Below are positions 38,800 to 51,900 of a stretch of 64,000 nt of DNA, one piece after another (positions within the stretch are counted from its first letter, which is position 1; the number at the start of each line of letters is the position of its first letter). The notes under the pieces are model-generated. The model worked only from the letters and a program-made list of their open reading frames with translations, did no database searches and was not told the origin of the DNA. The position numbers and the translations under genes were made by a program. Source of the stretch: Sphyrna mokarran (taxonomy: Eukaryota); assembly GCA_024679065.1 (NCBI GenBank), contig JAGIQG010000077.1, positions 1-64,000 of the forward strand, given 5' to 3'.

Positions 38800-40630
38800 T
38801 AGAACATAGAACATAGAACATTACAGCGCAGTACAGGCCCTTCGGCCTTCGATGCTGCGCCGACCATTATAGAAAAGCAATGACCCTCCAAACTAAACCA
38901 TTCCCTTCTCTTCCATAAACTTATCAACTAACCTCTTAAACGCCACCAAACTTGGCGCATCTACAACTGCCGCAGGCAGGGCATTCCACTCCCTGACCAC
39001 CCTCTGGGTAGAGAACCTACCTCTGATATCCGTCCTATAACTATCACCCCTTAATTTAAAGCTGTGTCCCCTCGTGCTAGCTTTCTCCATCCTAGGAAAA
39101 AAGGCTATCACTGTCCACCCTATCTAAACCTCTAATCATCTTATATGTTTCAATAAGGCCTCCTCTTAGCCGCCTTCTTTCTAACGAAAACAACCTCAAA
39201 TCTCTCAGCCTCTCTTCATAAGACCTGCCTTCCATACCAGGCAACATCCTGGTAAACCTCCTCTGTACCCTCTCCAATGCCTCCACATCTTTCTTATAAT
39301 GTGGGGACCAGAACTGCACACAATACTCCAAGTGCGGCCGCACTAGAGTTTTTGTACAGTTGCAACATGACGTTGCGGCTCCGAAATTCAATCCCTCTAC
39401 CAATAAAAGCCAAGACTCCATATGCCTTCCTAACAACCTTCTCGACCTGACTGCCTACTTTCAGGGATCTATGCACATACACACCAAGATACCTCTGTTC
39501 ATCTAGACTACTAAGAATCCTACCATTTGCCCTATACTCTACACATTTATTATTTCTGCCATAGTGCATTACCTCACACTTTTCCACACTAAACTCCATT
39601 TGCCACCTCTCGGCCCAGCTCTGCAACTTGTCCAAGTCCCTCTGCAAACTATAACACCCCTCTTCACTATCTACCACTCCACCGACTTTAGTGTCATCTG
39701 CAAATTTACTAATCCATCCTTCAATACCCTCATCCAGATCATTTATAAAATTTACAAACAGCAGGGGCCCCAAAACAGACCCCTGAGGTACACCACTTGT
39801 CACCGAACTCCACGATGAATATCTCCCATCAACCACCACCCTCTTCTTCTATCTGCTAGCCAATTCCTAACCCAATTAGCTAAATCACCCTCTATCCCAT
39901 ACATCTGCATTTTCTGCAGAAGTCTTCCATGGGCCACCTTATCAAACGCCTTACTAAAGTCCATATATACCACGTCAACCGCCTTACCCCCATCCACCTC
40001 CTTAGTCATTTTTTCAAAAAACTCAATGAGGTTAGTAAGGCACGACCTACCCTTCACAAAACCATGCTGACTATCTCCAATCAATTCATTATTCTCTAAA
40101 TAACTATAAATCCTATCCCTAATTATTCTCTCCAACGCTTTTCCCACCACAGAAGTAAGACTCACTGGCCTATAATTCCCTGGAAGGTCTCTCTTCCCCT
40201 TCTTGAACAACGGGACCACATTCGCTATCCTCCAGTCCTCCGGAACCACACCCGTAACCAACGACGACCTGAAGATCAGAGCCAGAGGATCTGCAATCTC
40301 CTCTCTTGCCTCCCAGAGAATCCTAGGGTAAATCCCGTCCGGCCCAGGGGACTTATCCAACTTCAAACCCTCGAGAATATCTAGCACATCCTCCCTATCT
40401 ACTTCGATACCTTCCAGTTTGCTACCCTGTACCTCAGTGTTCTCCATAACATCACCCTGCGTGAATACCGAAGAGAAATATTTATTCAGTACCTCTCCAA
40501 TCTCCTCAGGCTCCACGCACAACTTCCCACTGCTGTCTATGACTGGCCCTAATCTTGCCCTAACCAATCTTCTATTCTTAACATATCTAAAGAAAGCTTT
40601 AGGATTCTCCCGAATCCTATCAGCCAAAGA
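38800..40630 (-). mobile_element. CR1 LINE, chimeric (tandem unit 2)
   Basis: Same 5' truncation junction as unit 1; 3' end matches 45608; frameshifts. Confidence 0.95.
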
Positions 40631-41978
40631 GGTTTTCCTCTCACAGTCTGAAAATGTGCAGCCTTGGTGGATTGCTCCTGCTAAATTGCCTCTTCGTGTC
40701 CAAAGATGCAACGTTTAGCCTGATTAGCCACGTAAATTATCCCTTAGTGTTCAAACATATGCAGGGTAGGTGGATTGACCAGACCCAACTCCCTTTCATG
40801 CTTTTCAATGTACCGGATAGAAAGATCGATAATGCTAAATTCATAGGATAGGATCATAGAACACCTAATATGTAGATTTCCCCTTTAGTGTCCCGAGGTG
40901 CGTAGGCCAAGTGGATGTTCCGCATCTTCTAGGGGCACTTTATCATTCTGGTATTCCAGCTAATCTGTCCGTGTCGTCTGGAGGTCGAACTCTCACTGTT
41001 TGCATGTGCACTGGCAGGAATACTGAACATGATCAGAGACTGCCTGCAGTGCAGAAGGAAGCACTGATTTACCCAGATCCACATCACCCACCTTATCTCC
41101 ATAACAACACACAATGAACACTAAAAATTCACCTAGAAGATACATCGTTGGCACTAATGGGCAATTTAACATGGCAATCCACCTAATCCACACATCTTTG
41201 GATACTAAGGAGCAATTTTAGCATGGCCGAATCACCTAATTTTGCACATCTTTAGACCATTAAGGGACAATTTAGCACGGTCAAGCCACCTAATCTACCA
41301 TATTAGACACTAAGGGGCATATTTGGGCATGGCCAATCCATCTAACCTCACATTTTGTCACTAATGTGCAATTTAGCATGGCCAATCCCCCAATTTCACA
41401 TCTTTAGACAGTAGGGGACAAATTTGATTGGCCAATCCACCTAATTCTACGCATAGTTGTAGAACCTAAGGGGCAATTTTTGGCATGGCAAAACCCCCTA
41501 ACCTACACATCTTTGACATCACCATTTTTGAACACCATGCAACTTCATTCTTGCTAAGAATACACATCCCGCGAATGAATTGAAATTTAGATGGAATAGA
41601 AAACATATCACCAAACAATTAATTTACTGTAACCCTCCCTGAAGACATGCTGCCTATTCATCGCTATGACGCACAGTCGATGACCACACTATGTCAAGTG
41701 AATGTGGAATTCACCAGCACACCGCACCAAACTTGTGTCATAGTTTCCATTGCACGGCCCGTCATAAATTCCACTGTATCTGAAAGAGACCAAGCCCTCT
41801 GGGTTTGAGCTAAGGTCAACCTGCAGCCATTAACCCAACAGAAACAAACAGGTCCACAAAACATGTAGAAATAGCCCGTAAAGATATCCAAAGAATTGTT
41901 ATATGCAAGATTCATTTTCTTGCTGTTGCAGGTTTATGTTGAGTAAGAGAGGTAAGAACTGTCTGCTAGAATAAGTAT

Positions 41979-43807
41979 TAGAACATAGAACATAGAACAT
42001 TACAGCGCAGTACAGGCCCTTCGGCCTTCGATGCTGCGCCGACCATTATAGAAAAGCAATGACCCTCCAAACTAAACCATTCCCTTCTCTTCCATAAACT
42101 TATCAACTAACCTCTTAAACGCCACCAAACTTGGCGCATCTACAACTGCCGCAGGCAGGGCATTCCACTCCCTAACCACCCTCTGGGTAAAGACCCTACC
42201 TCTGATATCCGTCCTATAACTATCACCCCTTAATTTAAAGCTGTGTCCCCTTGTGCTAGCTTCCTCCATCCTAGGAAAAAGGCTATCACTGTCCACCCTA
42301 TCTAAACCTCTAATCATCTTATATGCTTCGATAAGGTCTCCTCGTAGCCGCCTCCTCTCTAACGAAAACAACCTCAAATCCCTCAGCCTCTCTTCATAAG
42401 ACCTGCCCTCCATACCAGGCAACATCCTGGTAAACCTCCTCTGTACCCTCTCCAATGCCTCCACATCTTTCTTATAATGTGGGGACCAGACCTGCACACA
42501 ATACTCCAAGTGCGGCCGCACTAGAGTTTTGTACAGTTGCAACATGACGTTGCGGCTCCGAAATTCAATCCCCCTACCAATAAAAGCTAAGACTCCATAT
42601 GCCTTCTTAACAACCTTCTCGACTGGACTGCCTACTTTCAGGGATCTATGCACATACACACCAAGATCCCTCTGTTCATCAAGACTACTAAGAATCCTAC
42701 CATTAGCCCTATACTCTACACATTTATTATTTCTGCCATAGTGCATTACCTCACACTTTTCCACACTAAACTCCATTTGCCACCTCTCGGCCCAGCTCTG
42801 CAACTTGTCTAAGTCCCTCTGCAAACTATAACACCCCTCTTCACTATCTACCACTCCACCGACTTTAGTGTCATCTGCAAATTTACTAATCCATCCTTCA
42901 ATACCCTCATCCAGATCATTTATAAAATTTACAAACAGCAGGGGCCCCGAAACAGACCCCTGAGGTACACCACTTGTCACCGAACTCCAAGATGAATATC
43001 TCCCATCAACCACCACCCTCTGTCTTCTATCTGCTAGCCAATTCCTAACCCAATTAGCTAAATCACCCTCTATCCCATACATCTGCATTTTCTGCAGAAG
43101 TCTTCCCTGGGCCACCTTATCAAACGCCTTACTAAAGTCCATATATACCACATCAACCGCCTTACCCTCATCCACCTCCTTAGTCACTTTTTCAAAAAAC
43201 TCAATGAGGTTAGTAAGGCACGACCTACCCTTCACAAAACCATGCTGACTATCTCCAATCAATTCATTATTCTCTAAATAACTATAAATCCTATCCCTAA
43301 TTATTCTCTCCAATACTTTGCCCACAACAGAAGTAAGACTCACTGGCCTATAATTCCCTGGAAGGTCTCTCTTCCCTTCTTGAACAACGGGACCACATTC
43401 GCTATCCTCCAGTCCTCCGGAACCACACCCGTAACCAACGACGACCTGAAGATCAGAGCCAGAGGCTCTGCAATCTCCTCTCTTGCCTCCCAGAGAATCC
43501 TAGGGTAAATCCTGTCCGGCCCAGGGTACTTATCCAACTTCAAACCCTCGAGAATATCTAGCACATCCTCCCTATCTACTTCGATACCTTCCAGTTTGCT
43601 ACCCTGTACCTCAGTGTTCTCCATAACATCACCCTGCGTGAATACCGAAGAGAAATATTTATTCAGTACCTCTCCAATCTCCTCAGGCTCCACGCACAAC
43701 TTCCCACTGCTGTCTATGACTGGCCCTAATCTTGCCCTAACCAATCTTCTATTCTTAACATATCTAAAGAAAGCTTTAGGATTCTCCCGAATCCTATCAG
43801 CCAAAGA
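41979..43807 (-). mobile_element. CR1 LINE, chimeric (tandem unit 3)
   Basis: Same junctions as unit 2; 423-aa ORF. Confidence 0.95.
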
Positions 43808-44345
43808 GGTTTTCCTCTCACAGTCTGAAAATGTGCAGCCTTGGTGGATTGCTCCTGCTAAATTGCCTCTTCGTGTCCAAAGATGCAACGTTTAGCCTGA
43901 TTAGCCACGTAAATTATCCCTTAGTGTTCAAACATATGCAGGGTAGGTGGATTGACCAGACCCAACTCCCTTTCATGCTTTTCAATGTACCGGATAGAAA
44001 GATCGATAATGCTAAATTCATAGGATAGGATCATAGAACACCTAATATGTAGATTTCCCCTTTAGTGTCCCGAGGTGCGTAGGCCAAGTGGATGTTCCGC
44101 ATCTTCTAGGGGCACTTTATCATTCTGGTATTCCAGCTAATCTGTCCGTGTCGTCTGGAGGTCGAACTCTCACTGTTTGCATGTGCACTGGCAGGAATAC
44201 TGAACATGATCAGAGACTGCCTGCAGTGCAGAAGGAAGCACTGATTTACCCAGATCCACATCACCCACCTTATCTCCATAACAACACACAATGAACACTA
44301 AAAATTCACCTAGAAGATACATCGTTGGCACTAATGGGCAATTTA

Positions 44346-44507
44346 ACATAGAACATAGAACAATACAGCACAGAACAGGCCCTTCGGCCTTCGATGTTGT
44401 GCCGACCAAAATAAAAAGCATGCCCCTCCTAACTAAACCATTCCCTTCTCATCCATATACTTATCAACTAACCTCTTAAACGCCACCAAACTTGGCGCAT
44501 CTACAAC
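44346..44507 (-). mobile_element. Short CR1 3'-end insertion specific to tandem unit 3
   Basis: Absent at the homologous sites near 38005 and 41170. Confidence 0.85.
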
Positions 44508-44593
44508 AGGCCAATCCACCTAATCCACACATCTTTGGATACTAAGGAGCAATTTAGCATGGCCAATCCACCCAATTTGCACAATTTGCAATT

Positions 44594-44875
44594 TGCTAGC
44601 ACGAGGGGACACAGCTTTAAATTAAGGGGTATGAGTTATAGGACGTATATCAGAGGTAGGTTCTTTACTCAAAGAGTGATTAGGGAGTGGAATGCCCTGC
44701 CTGCAGCTGTTGTAGATGCGCCAAGTTTGGTGGCGTTTAAGAGGTTAATTGATAAGTATATGGAAGAGAAGGGAATGGGTTAGTTGGGAGGGGCATTGCT
44801 TTTTATTTTGGTCGGCACAACATCGAAGGCCGAAGGGCCTGTTCTGTGCTGTAATGTTCTATGTTCTATGTTCTA
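44594..44875 (+). mobile_element. Short CR1 3'-end insertion specific to tandem unit 3
   Basis: STRGHSFKLRG...EEKGM plus TTCTATG tail; absent from units 1 and 2. Confidence 0.88.
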
Positions 44876-45607
44876 TCTTTAGCCATTAAGGGACAATTTA
44901 GCACGGTCAATCCACCTAATCTACACATATTTAGACACTAAGGTGCAATTTGGCATGGCCAATCCATCTAACCTGCACATTTTGGTCACTAATGTGCAAT
45001 TTAGCATGGCCAATCCACCTAATTTACACATCTTTAGACAGTAGGGGACAATTTAGATTGGCCAATCCACCTAATCTACGCATAGTTAGACACTAAGGGG
45101 CAATTTGGCATGGCCAAACCACCCTAACCTACACACCTTTGGACATCATCATTTTTGAAACAACAATGCACTTCATTCTTGCTAAGGAATACACATCCCG
45201 CGAATGAATTGAAATTTAGATGGAATAGAAAACATATCACCAAACAATTAATTTACTGTAACACTCCCTGAAGACATGCTGCCTATTCATCGCTATGACG
45301 CACAGTCGATGACCACACTATGTCAAGTGAATGTGGAATTCACCAGCACACCGCACCAAACTTGTGTCATAGTTTCCATTGCACGGCCCGTCATAAATTC
45401 CACTGTATCTGAAAGAGACCATGCCTCTGGGTTTGAGCTAAGGTCAACCTGCAACCATTAACCCGACAGGAACAAACAGGTCCACAAAACATGTAGAAAT
45501 AGCACGTAAAGATATCCAAAGAATTGTTATATGCAAGAATCATTTTCTTGTTGTTGCAGGTTTATGTTGAGTAAGAGAGGTAAGAACTGTCTGCTAGAAT
45601 AAGTATT

Positions 45608-47639
45608 AGAACATAGAACATAGAACATTACAGCGCAGTACAGGCCCTTCGGCCTTCGATGCTGCGCCGACCATTATAGAAAAGCAATGACCCTCCAAAC
45701 TAAACCATTCCCTTCTCTTCCATAAACTTATCAACTAACCTCTTAAACGCCACCAAACTTGGTGCATCTACAACTGCCGCAGGCAGGGCATTCCACTCCC
45801 TAACCCCCTCTGGGTAAAGAACCTACCTCTGATATCCGTCCTATAACTATCACCCCTTAATTTAAAGCTGTGTCCCCTCATGCTAGCTTTCTCCATCCTA
45901 GGAAAAAGGCTATCACTGCCCACCCTATCTAAACCTCTAATCATCTTATATGCTTCGATAAGGTCTCCTCTTCACCGCCTCCTCTCTAACGAAAACAACC
46001 TCAAATCCCTCAGCCTCTCTTCATAAGACCTGCCCTCCATACCAGGCAACATCCTGGTAAACCTCCTCTGTACCATCTCCAATGCCTCCACGTCTTTCTT
46101 ATAATGTGGGGACCAGAACTGCACGCAATACTCCAAGTGCAGACTGTCAGGCAAGGAGGAAATGGTCGAGTAAGGGAACCTTGGTGTACGAAAAAAGTTG
46201 ATTCGCTGGTTAAAAGGAAAAAGGAGGCTTATGTCAGGATGAGGCTTGAAGGCTCGGTTAGTGCAATGGATAGCTATAGATTAGCCAGGAGTGAGCTAAA
46301 GAGTGAGTTGAGGAGAGCTAAAAGGGGACACGAGAAGACTTTGGCTGATAGGATCAAGGATAATCCTAAAGCTTTCTTTAGATATGTTAAGAATAGAAGA
46401 TTGGTTAGGGCAAGATTAGGGCCAGTCATAGACAGCAGTGGGAAGTTGTGCGTGGAGCCTCAAGAGATTGGAGATGCACTGAATAAATATTTCTCTTCGG
46501 TATTCACACAGGTAGATGTAAATGAAGTTGTGGAGAACACTGAGGTACAGGGCTGCAAACTGGAAAGTATTGAAGTAGATAGGGAGGATGTGCTAGATAT
46601 TGTTGAGGGTTTGAAGTTGGATAAGTCCCCTGGGCCGTTCGGGATTTACCCTAGGATTCTCTGGGAGGCAAGACAGGCGATTGCAGAGCCTCTGGCTCTG
46701 ATCTTCAGGTCGTCGTTGGTTACGGGTATGGTTCCGGAGGACTGGAGGATAGTGAATGTGGTCCCATTGTTCAAGAAGGGGAAGAGAGACCTTCCAGGGA
46801 ATTATAGGCCAGTGAGTCTTACTTCTGTTATGGGCAAAGTATTGGAGAGAATTATTAGGGATAGGATTTATAGTTATTTAGAGAGAAATGAATTGATTGG
46901 GGATAGTCAGCATGGTTTTGTGAAGGGTAGGTCGTGCCTTACTAACCTTATTGAGTTTTTTGAAAAAGTGACCAAAGAGGTGGATGGGGGTAAGGCGTTT
47001 GATGTGGTTTATATGGACTTTAGTAAGGCGTTCGATAAGGTGGCCCATGGAAGGCTTCTGCAGAAAATGCAGATGTATGGGATAGAGGGTGATTTAGCTA
47101 ATTGGATTAGGAATTGACCAGCAGATAGAAGACAGAGGGTGGTGGTTGATGGGAGATATTCATCGTGGAGTTCGGTTACAAGTGGTGTGCCTCAGGGGTC
47201 TGTTTTGTAAAATAAACAGCCCCTGCTGTTTGTAATTTTTATAAATGATCTGGATGAGGGTATTGAAGGATGGATTAGTAAATTTGCAGATGACACTAAA
47301 GTCGGTGGAGTGGTAGATAGTGAAGAGGGGTGTTATAGTTTGCAGAGAGACTTGGATAAATTGCAGAGCTGGGCCGAGAGGTGGCAAATGGAGTTTATTG
47401 TGGAAAAGTGCGAGGTAATGCATGCACTTTGGCAGGAATAATAAATGTGTGGAGTATAGGGCTAATCGTCGGATTCTTAATAGTGCTGATGAACAGAGGG
47501 ATCTTGGTGTATTTGTGCATAGATCCCTGAAAGTAAGCAGTCAAGTCGATAAGGTTGTTAAGAAGGCATGCGGAGTCTTAGCTTTTATTGGTAGGGGGAT
47601 TGAATTTCGGAACCCCAACGTCATGTTGCAACTGTACAA
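45608..47639 (-). mobile_element. CR1 with inverted 5' portion (3' part 45608-46140 on -, inverted part 46141-47639 on +)
   Basis: The two pieces cover adjacent, non-overlapping parts of ORF2, with a 15-nt gap between QLYK and HLEYC. Confidence 0.88.
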
Positions 47640-48279
47640 TAGTACACTAAAAACTGTAAAAACTGTGACCCCATGTTCAGATGAAAGGAACTACTCTGTT
47701 CATGCGAGTTTGCTTTGTTTTCCTCACATAAATGTTCAGTAAAGGTTCAGTAATGCCCTTTAGGAAGGAAGTTTCCCTTCCTTATCTGCTTTGCCCGACG
47801 TGTGGACACTTGAGCCAGAGTAATGTGATTGATTTTTAACGGCCCTCCAAAAGCAACTAGGGATGGCCAAAAAATGGTGGCCCAGCCAGCAACACCCGTG
47901 TCTCAAAAATGAACATTCAAAAAAGCTTGTGATGGCTTCATTTCACTTTTACATAGTAAAATATGATTTTATTTGAACCCTACATATCAGAGCAATTGGT
48001 TCACTGCACTGTGTTTTCAAAGAGCCAGTTTTTCCCTAAATCCTTCGCTCCTTTTCTCTATTTCCCTCCCTAACTTCCTTTTGTTTCAAAGGGTATTTGA
48101 TAGTAAGCAAGGTGGCTTTGGAATAGAGACACATGTCAGCCAGGCCAGGTGAGAACGATAGATTTCTTTCCCGAAACCAGTTGCATTTTACGACAATCCT
48201 CATTGGTTTAATGGTCATCATTTGACTTCTAAACTCTGATTTCTATTGGAGACAAGATCCCGGTTGAGGTCATCCTCAT

Positions 48280-48585
48280 GAAAGGGGAACTTGGCTATGA
48301 TTTTGTGTTTGGCGAGTATGCATTTTCTTGTATCTTGAACACCGCCTTGGAGACCGCTTACCCGTCACTATGCATCGCTCCACACACATTGCCTGCACCA
48401 GTAAAGACTTGATTAACTGTAAAGACTCGCATTCCAACCATTGTCTTGCAACTGTGTCTCTATCTATATAGACCATGCTTGTGAACCCACCTTTCCTCTC
48501 ACCTGAAAAAGGAGCAGTGTTTCAAAGGTTCTTGATTCCAAATAAATCTGCTGGACTTTATCCTGCTGTTGTGAGATTTCTTACT
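48280..48585 (+). mobile_element. Penelope-like element fragment
   Basis: cacctgaaaaaggagcagtg...aataaatctgctggactttatcctgctgttgtgagatttcttact, reverse-homologous to 11925-12020. Confidence 0.5.
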
Positions 48586-48639
48586 GCCCTACACAATATT
48601 GAAGATTCATTTCCATGGCAACGTTGTTATCATTGTATT

Positions 48640-48980
48640 AACATAGAATTCTACAGTGCAGAAAGAGGCCCTTCGGCCCATTGAGTTTGCACCGAACACA
48701 ATCCTACCCAGGCCCTACCCCCTTATCCCTATACATTATACCCACTAATCCCTCTAACCTACACATCCCTAGACGCTAAGGAGCAATTTCTTAGCATGGC
48801 CAATCAAACTGACCCACATATCTGTGGATTGTGGGAGAAACCGGAGCACCCGGAGGAAACCCACACAGATACAGGGAGAATGTACAAACTCTACACAGAA
48901 AATGACCCGAACCGAGAATCGAACCCAGAACCCTGGAGCTGTAAAGCAACAGTGCTAACCACTGTGCTACCGTGTCGCCC
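48640..48980 (-). mobile_element. HE1-type tRNA-derived SINE, full length
   Basis: Head ggtagcacagtggttagcactgttgc...gggttcgattc, core and CR1-like 3' tail. Confidence 0.85.
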
Positions 48981-51900
48981 TACCAGAATGGTAGGATGCG
49001 ATCTTTATGGAGTTTTGCCTTTTTCTCTAATTTATAATTCAGATGTTACTACTTCTAAGTTTGTGAAGCTTTGCAAGAAAGTTTCCAGTTAGCGATCAAG
49101 GGATTCTCATCACATGGTTACACTGCGTAGGAGTCACATCAGTCTAACTGTTTAGTCTTCAATCACGAGAAGCAATCGGATATGGTTCAATTTGTAGTTT
49201 CACCTATTTAGTAAGTTCCATCTCCCAGACACTGGCAAAGTGGGTTGCCGATTTAATAGATCTCCCATTTGACTATCCCATTCTTTTCAACGAGAACTTT
49301 GTTTATGTTATAAATATAAATGCTGGATAAAATCAGCCGTTCAGCCAGTCCGCGGAGACATAAACGCAGTTTCACAGGCATTCTCTCTCTTCACCATGGC
49401 GCTCAGTGTATACCAATAATTGAGCAAAGATCCTTCGACAGCACTTTCCAAACTCACGACCACTGCTTTGTAGAAGGACCAGAGCAGCTTATGCACGAGA
49501 ACACCACCATCAGCAAGTTTCCCTTCGAGCCACCCACCATCCTGCCTTGGAAATATATTGGTGTCACTAGGCCAACATCCTGGAATTCACTCCCTAACGG
49601 CCATTTTGTCAAACCATAGTAGGTGGTCTGAAGTCTTTCAAGAAGTCAGCTCGCGTCATGAGGACCAGTGAGGATGGGGAACGAATTCTGACCATCCAGC
49701 GACCACCATATCCCAGGAATGAATTAAAAAAAGATCATTTTAGATTCATGTGAGTTGTGCAGAATTTGAACTGTGATGTTGTGTTCGCTTAAACACATCT
49801 CAGTTTAGCATGAAGATCTTGGAATGAAAAAGGGATACATTGCGAGAACACGTTACGCAGAGTAATCTTATTCCTTCCAGCGGATAAGATGATGAGATGG
49901 TCTAATGGCCTTGTTTAAGTTTGAAAAATAATTTGATGAGTTGATGGAGCGAAAGTGTCCTCTTAAGGGGGCGGAGTAGGGGGAGGTTTCCATAACATGG
50001 AGTCAGAGCTTTTAAGTTACTGCCAGAGTGTTTAGGGGTGATGTCAGGGTGCACTTTGCCAGTGTGGACTGGTACTGTGGATCACTGTCCCCCAAGAAGA
50101 TCTTGATGCCAGGATAAATGTCATTTTGTTGGATTATGTTATAGGGCCCCGTGTTCAATTCCGACTCTGGCACATGGCAAAAGACAAACATAACAGAAAA
50201 CACTTGCAATTAAATTCTAATGTATAATTAAAACCAGTTGGTGTAAAAAAAAGTCTGTGTTGACAAGTCACTCAGCTAGTTGAAAGGTAAATAAGGATGG
50301 CCAAAACATACTGGCGAACCGGTGACGCCGCGATCCCACGAATGAACTAATTGAAGAAATAGTGAAGTTTCTCCTTTGGAAAGAAAAGGGCCTAAAGCTT
50401 CCAATGTTTGCAATATCGAAATTGCAACGGATATACATCATCACCTCAATGAAACGTCCTTTGAATTTCACTTTCATAATGAACTATTTATTTTATTCAG
50501 AAGGCCAATGTCATTTACATCAATTGATGTATCGATTCATCAACTGATTTTGTTTATGCTTCACGCTGCCTCCGAAAAATAGCGAGGTTATCCAAGGACC
50601 CCACTTACCACGGACAAACTCTCTTCCACCTTCTTCCATCAGTAAAAAAATACAGAAGATCATGTACCAACCAACTTAAGAACAGCATCTTCCCTGCTGC
50701 CAACAGGCTTTTGAATGAACATACTATTATTACGTGTTGTTTCTCTACACCTATGACTGTAACAATGCATTCTGCACCCTCTCCTAACCTTCTCCCCTAT
50801 GTACTCTCTGAAATGTATGTTTTGTCAGCAAGAAGAAATAATTTTCAGTGTATCCCAATCCATGTAACAATAATAAATCAAATCAAACCAAATTTAATCA
50901 AACATCTCCAAAAAACAATTCTCTCTTCCCATGATCTCTTCATTAAAAAATACACATTATTTCCAGGACAACAGACCACTGTCACAGTGTTTGTAAACTA
51001 CACCAGCCTCCTCCGATCCACATTCTGCCCATCCCCCCACAACATGTTCTATTGTTATCTCCCTCCTGTGTTGATCCAATTTCCCCCTAAATGAGTATCT
51101 GATATTCTACTTAACCAAACCCTGTTGTACGGAGTTCCACATTCTATGCTATTTCTGGGAAAGGTATTTCTCTTGAACTTAACATTGGATCCATGAGGGA
51201 ATAACGAGTGCTGGGAGTCCAATGTTCTTGTGTCCCCTCACTTTCTATACGTATACCCTTTTGAATCTTTCATACATTCCAAGATCTATTTTAGGTCACC
51301 CCGCACCCCCCCCCACCCCCAAGTCGAACAAAGAACAAAGAACAACACAACACAGCACGGGATACAGGCCGTTCGGCCCAACGAGCCCGCGCCGCCATTT
51401 TAACATTGTGAGTGCCCTCTTCTACCTATGACCTTTGTCTTCGCTTACTGGACTACACAATAAAGGAATCATACTCAGATTGAGGGATGACTAATTTAGG
51501 GACAATTTGCTCATGCTGATGCTAATATCATAACATTACATGACTACATTACTGATATCAATCCAATCAAGTTGTTGCCCTCAGTTAAACGTTACCCATC
51601 CCTTCTATACAGGCATACTGTAATCTGGTAATCCAGATTCAACGAACACATTTGGACAGTTTGGACTCACAAATGGAATGCTTGATTTTGGAAACATGTT
51701 GTAACGTATTGGTTCTTTCGATGCTCTCCTTTCTGCTCAAACCCAAATGAAAATGCACAATTCATTAAAAAAATACATAAGATAGAAACATGTATGTCGG
51801 GGCTCTGCAGCAATTAGATAGGACCAAATGTCAGAGTTCTCTTGACATGGTGCAAGTTCCATTAGGCGTTAAGAATGCCCAGTAGGTGGTAAGCCGTGCC

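Larger units (their letters stand above)
35630..45608. repeat. Tandem triplication of a ~3.2-kb unit (CR1 + unique DNA + 52-bp minisatellite + unique DNA)
   Basis: Near-identical blocks and ORFs recur at 37490/40654/43831 and at 38340/41520/45150. Confidence 0.93.

Noticed and set aside
48900-48980. tRNA-like sequences (also 53310-53385, 58290-58360)
   Set aside because: SINE heads with A/B boxes attached to the SINE core; not tRNA genes.
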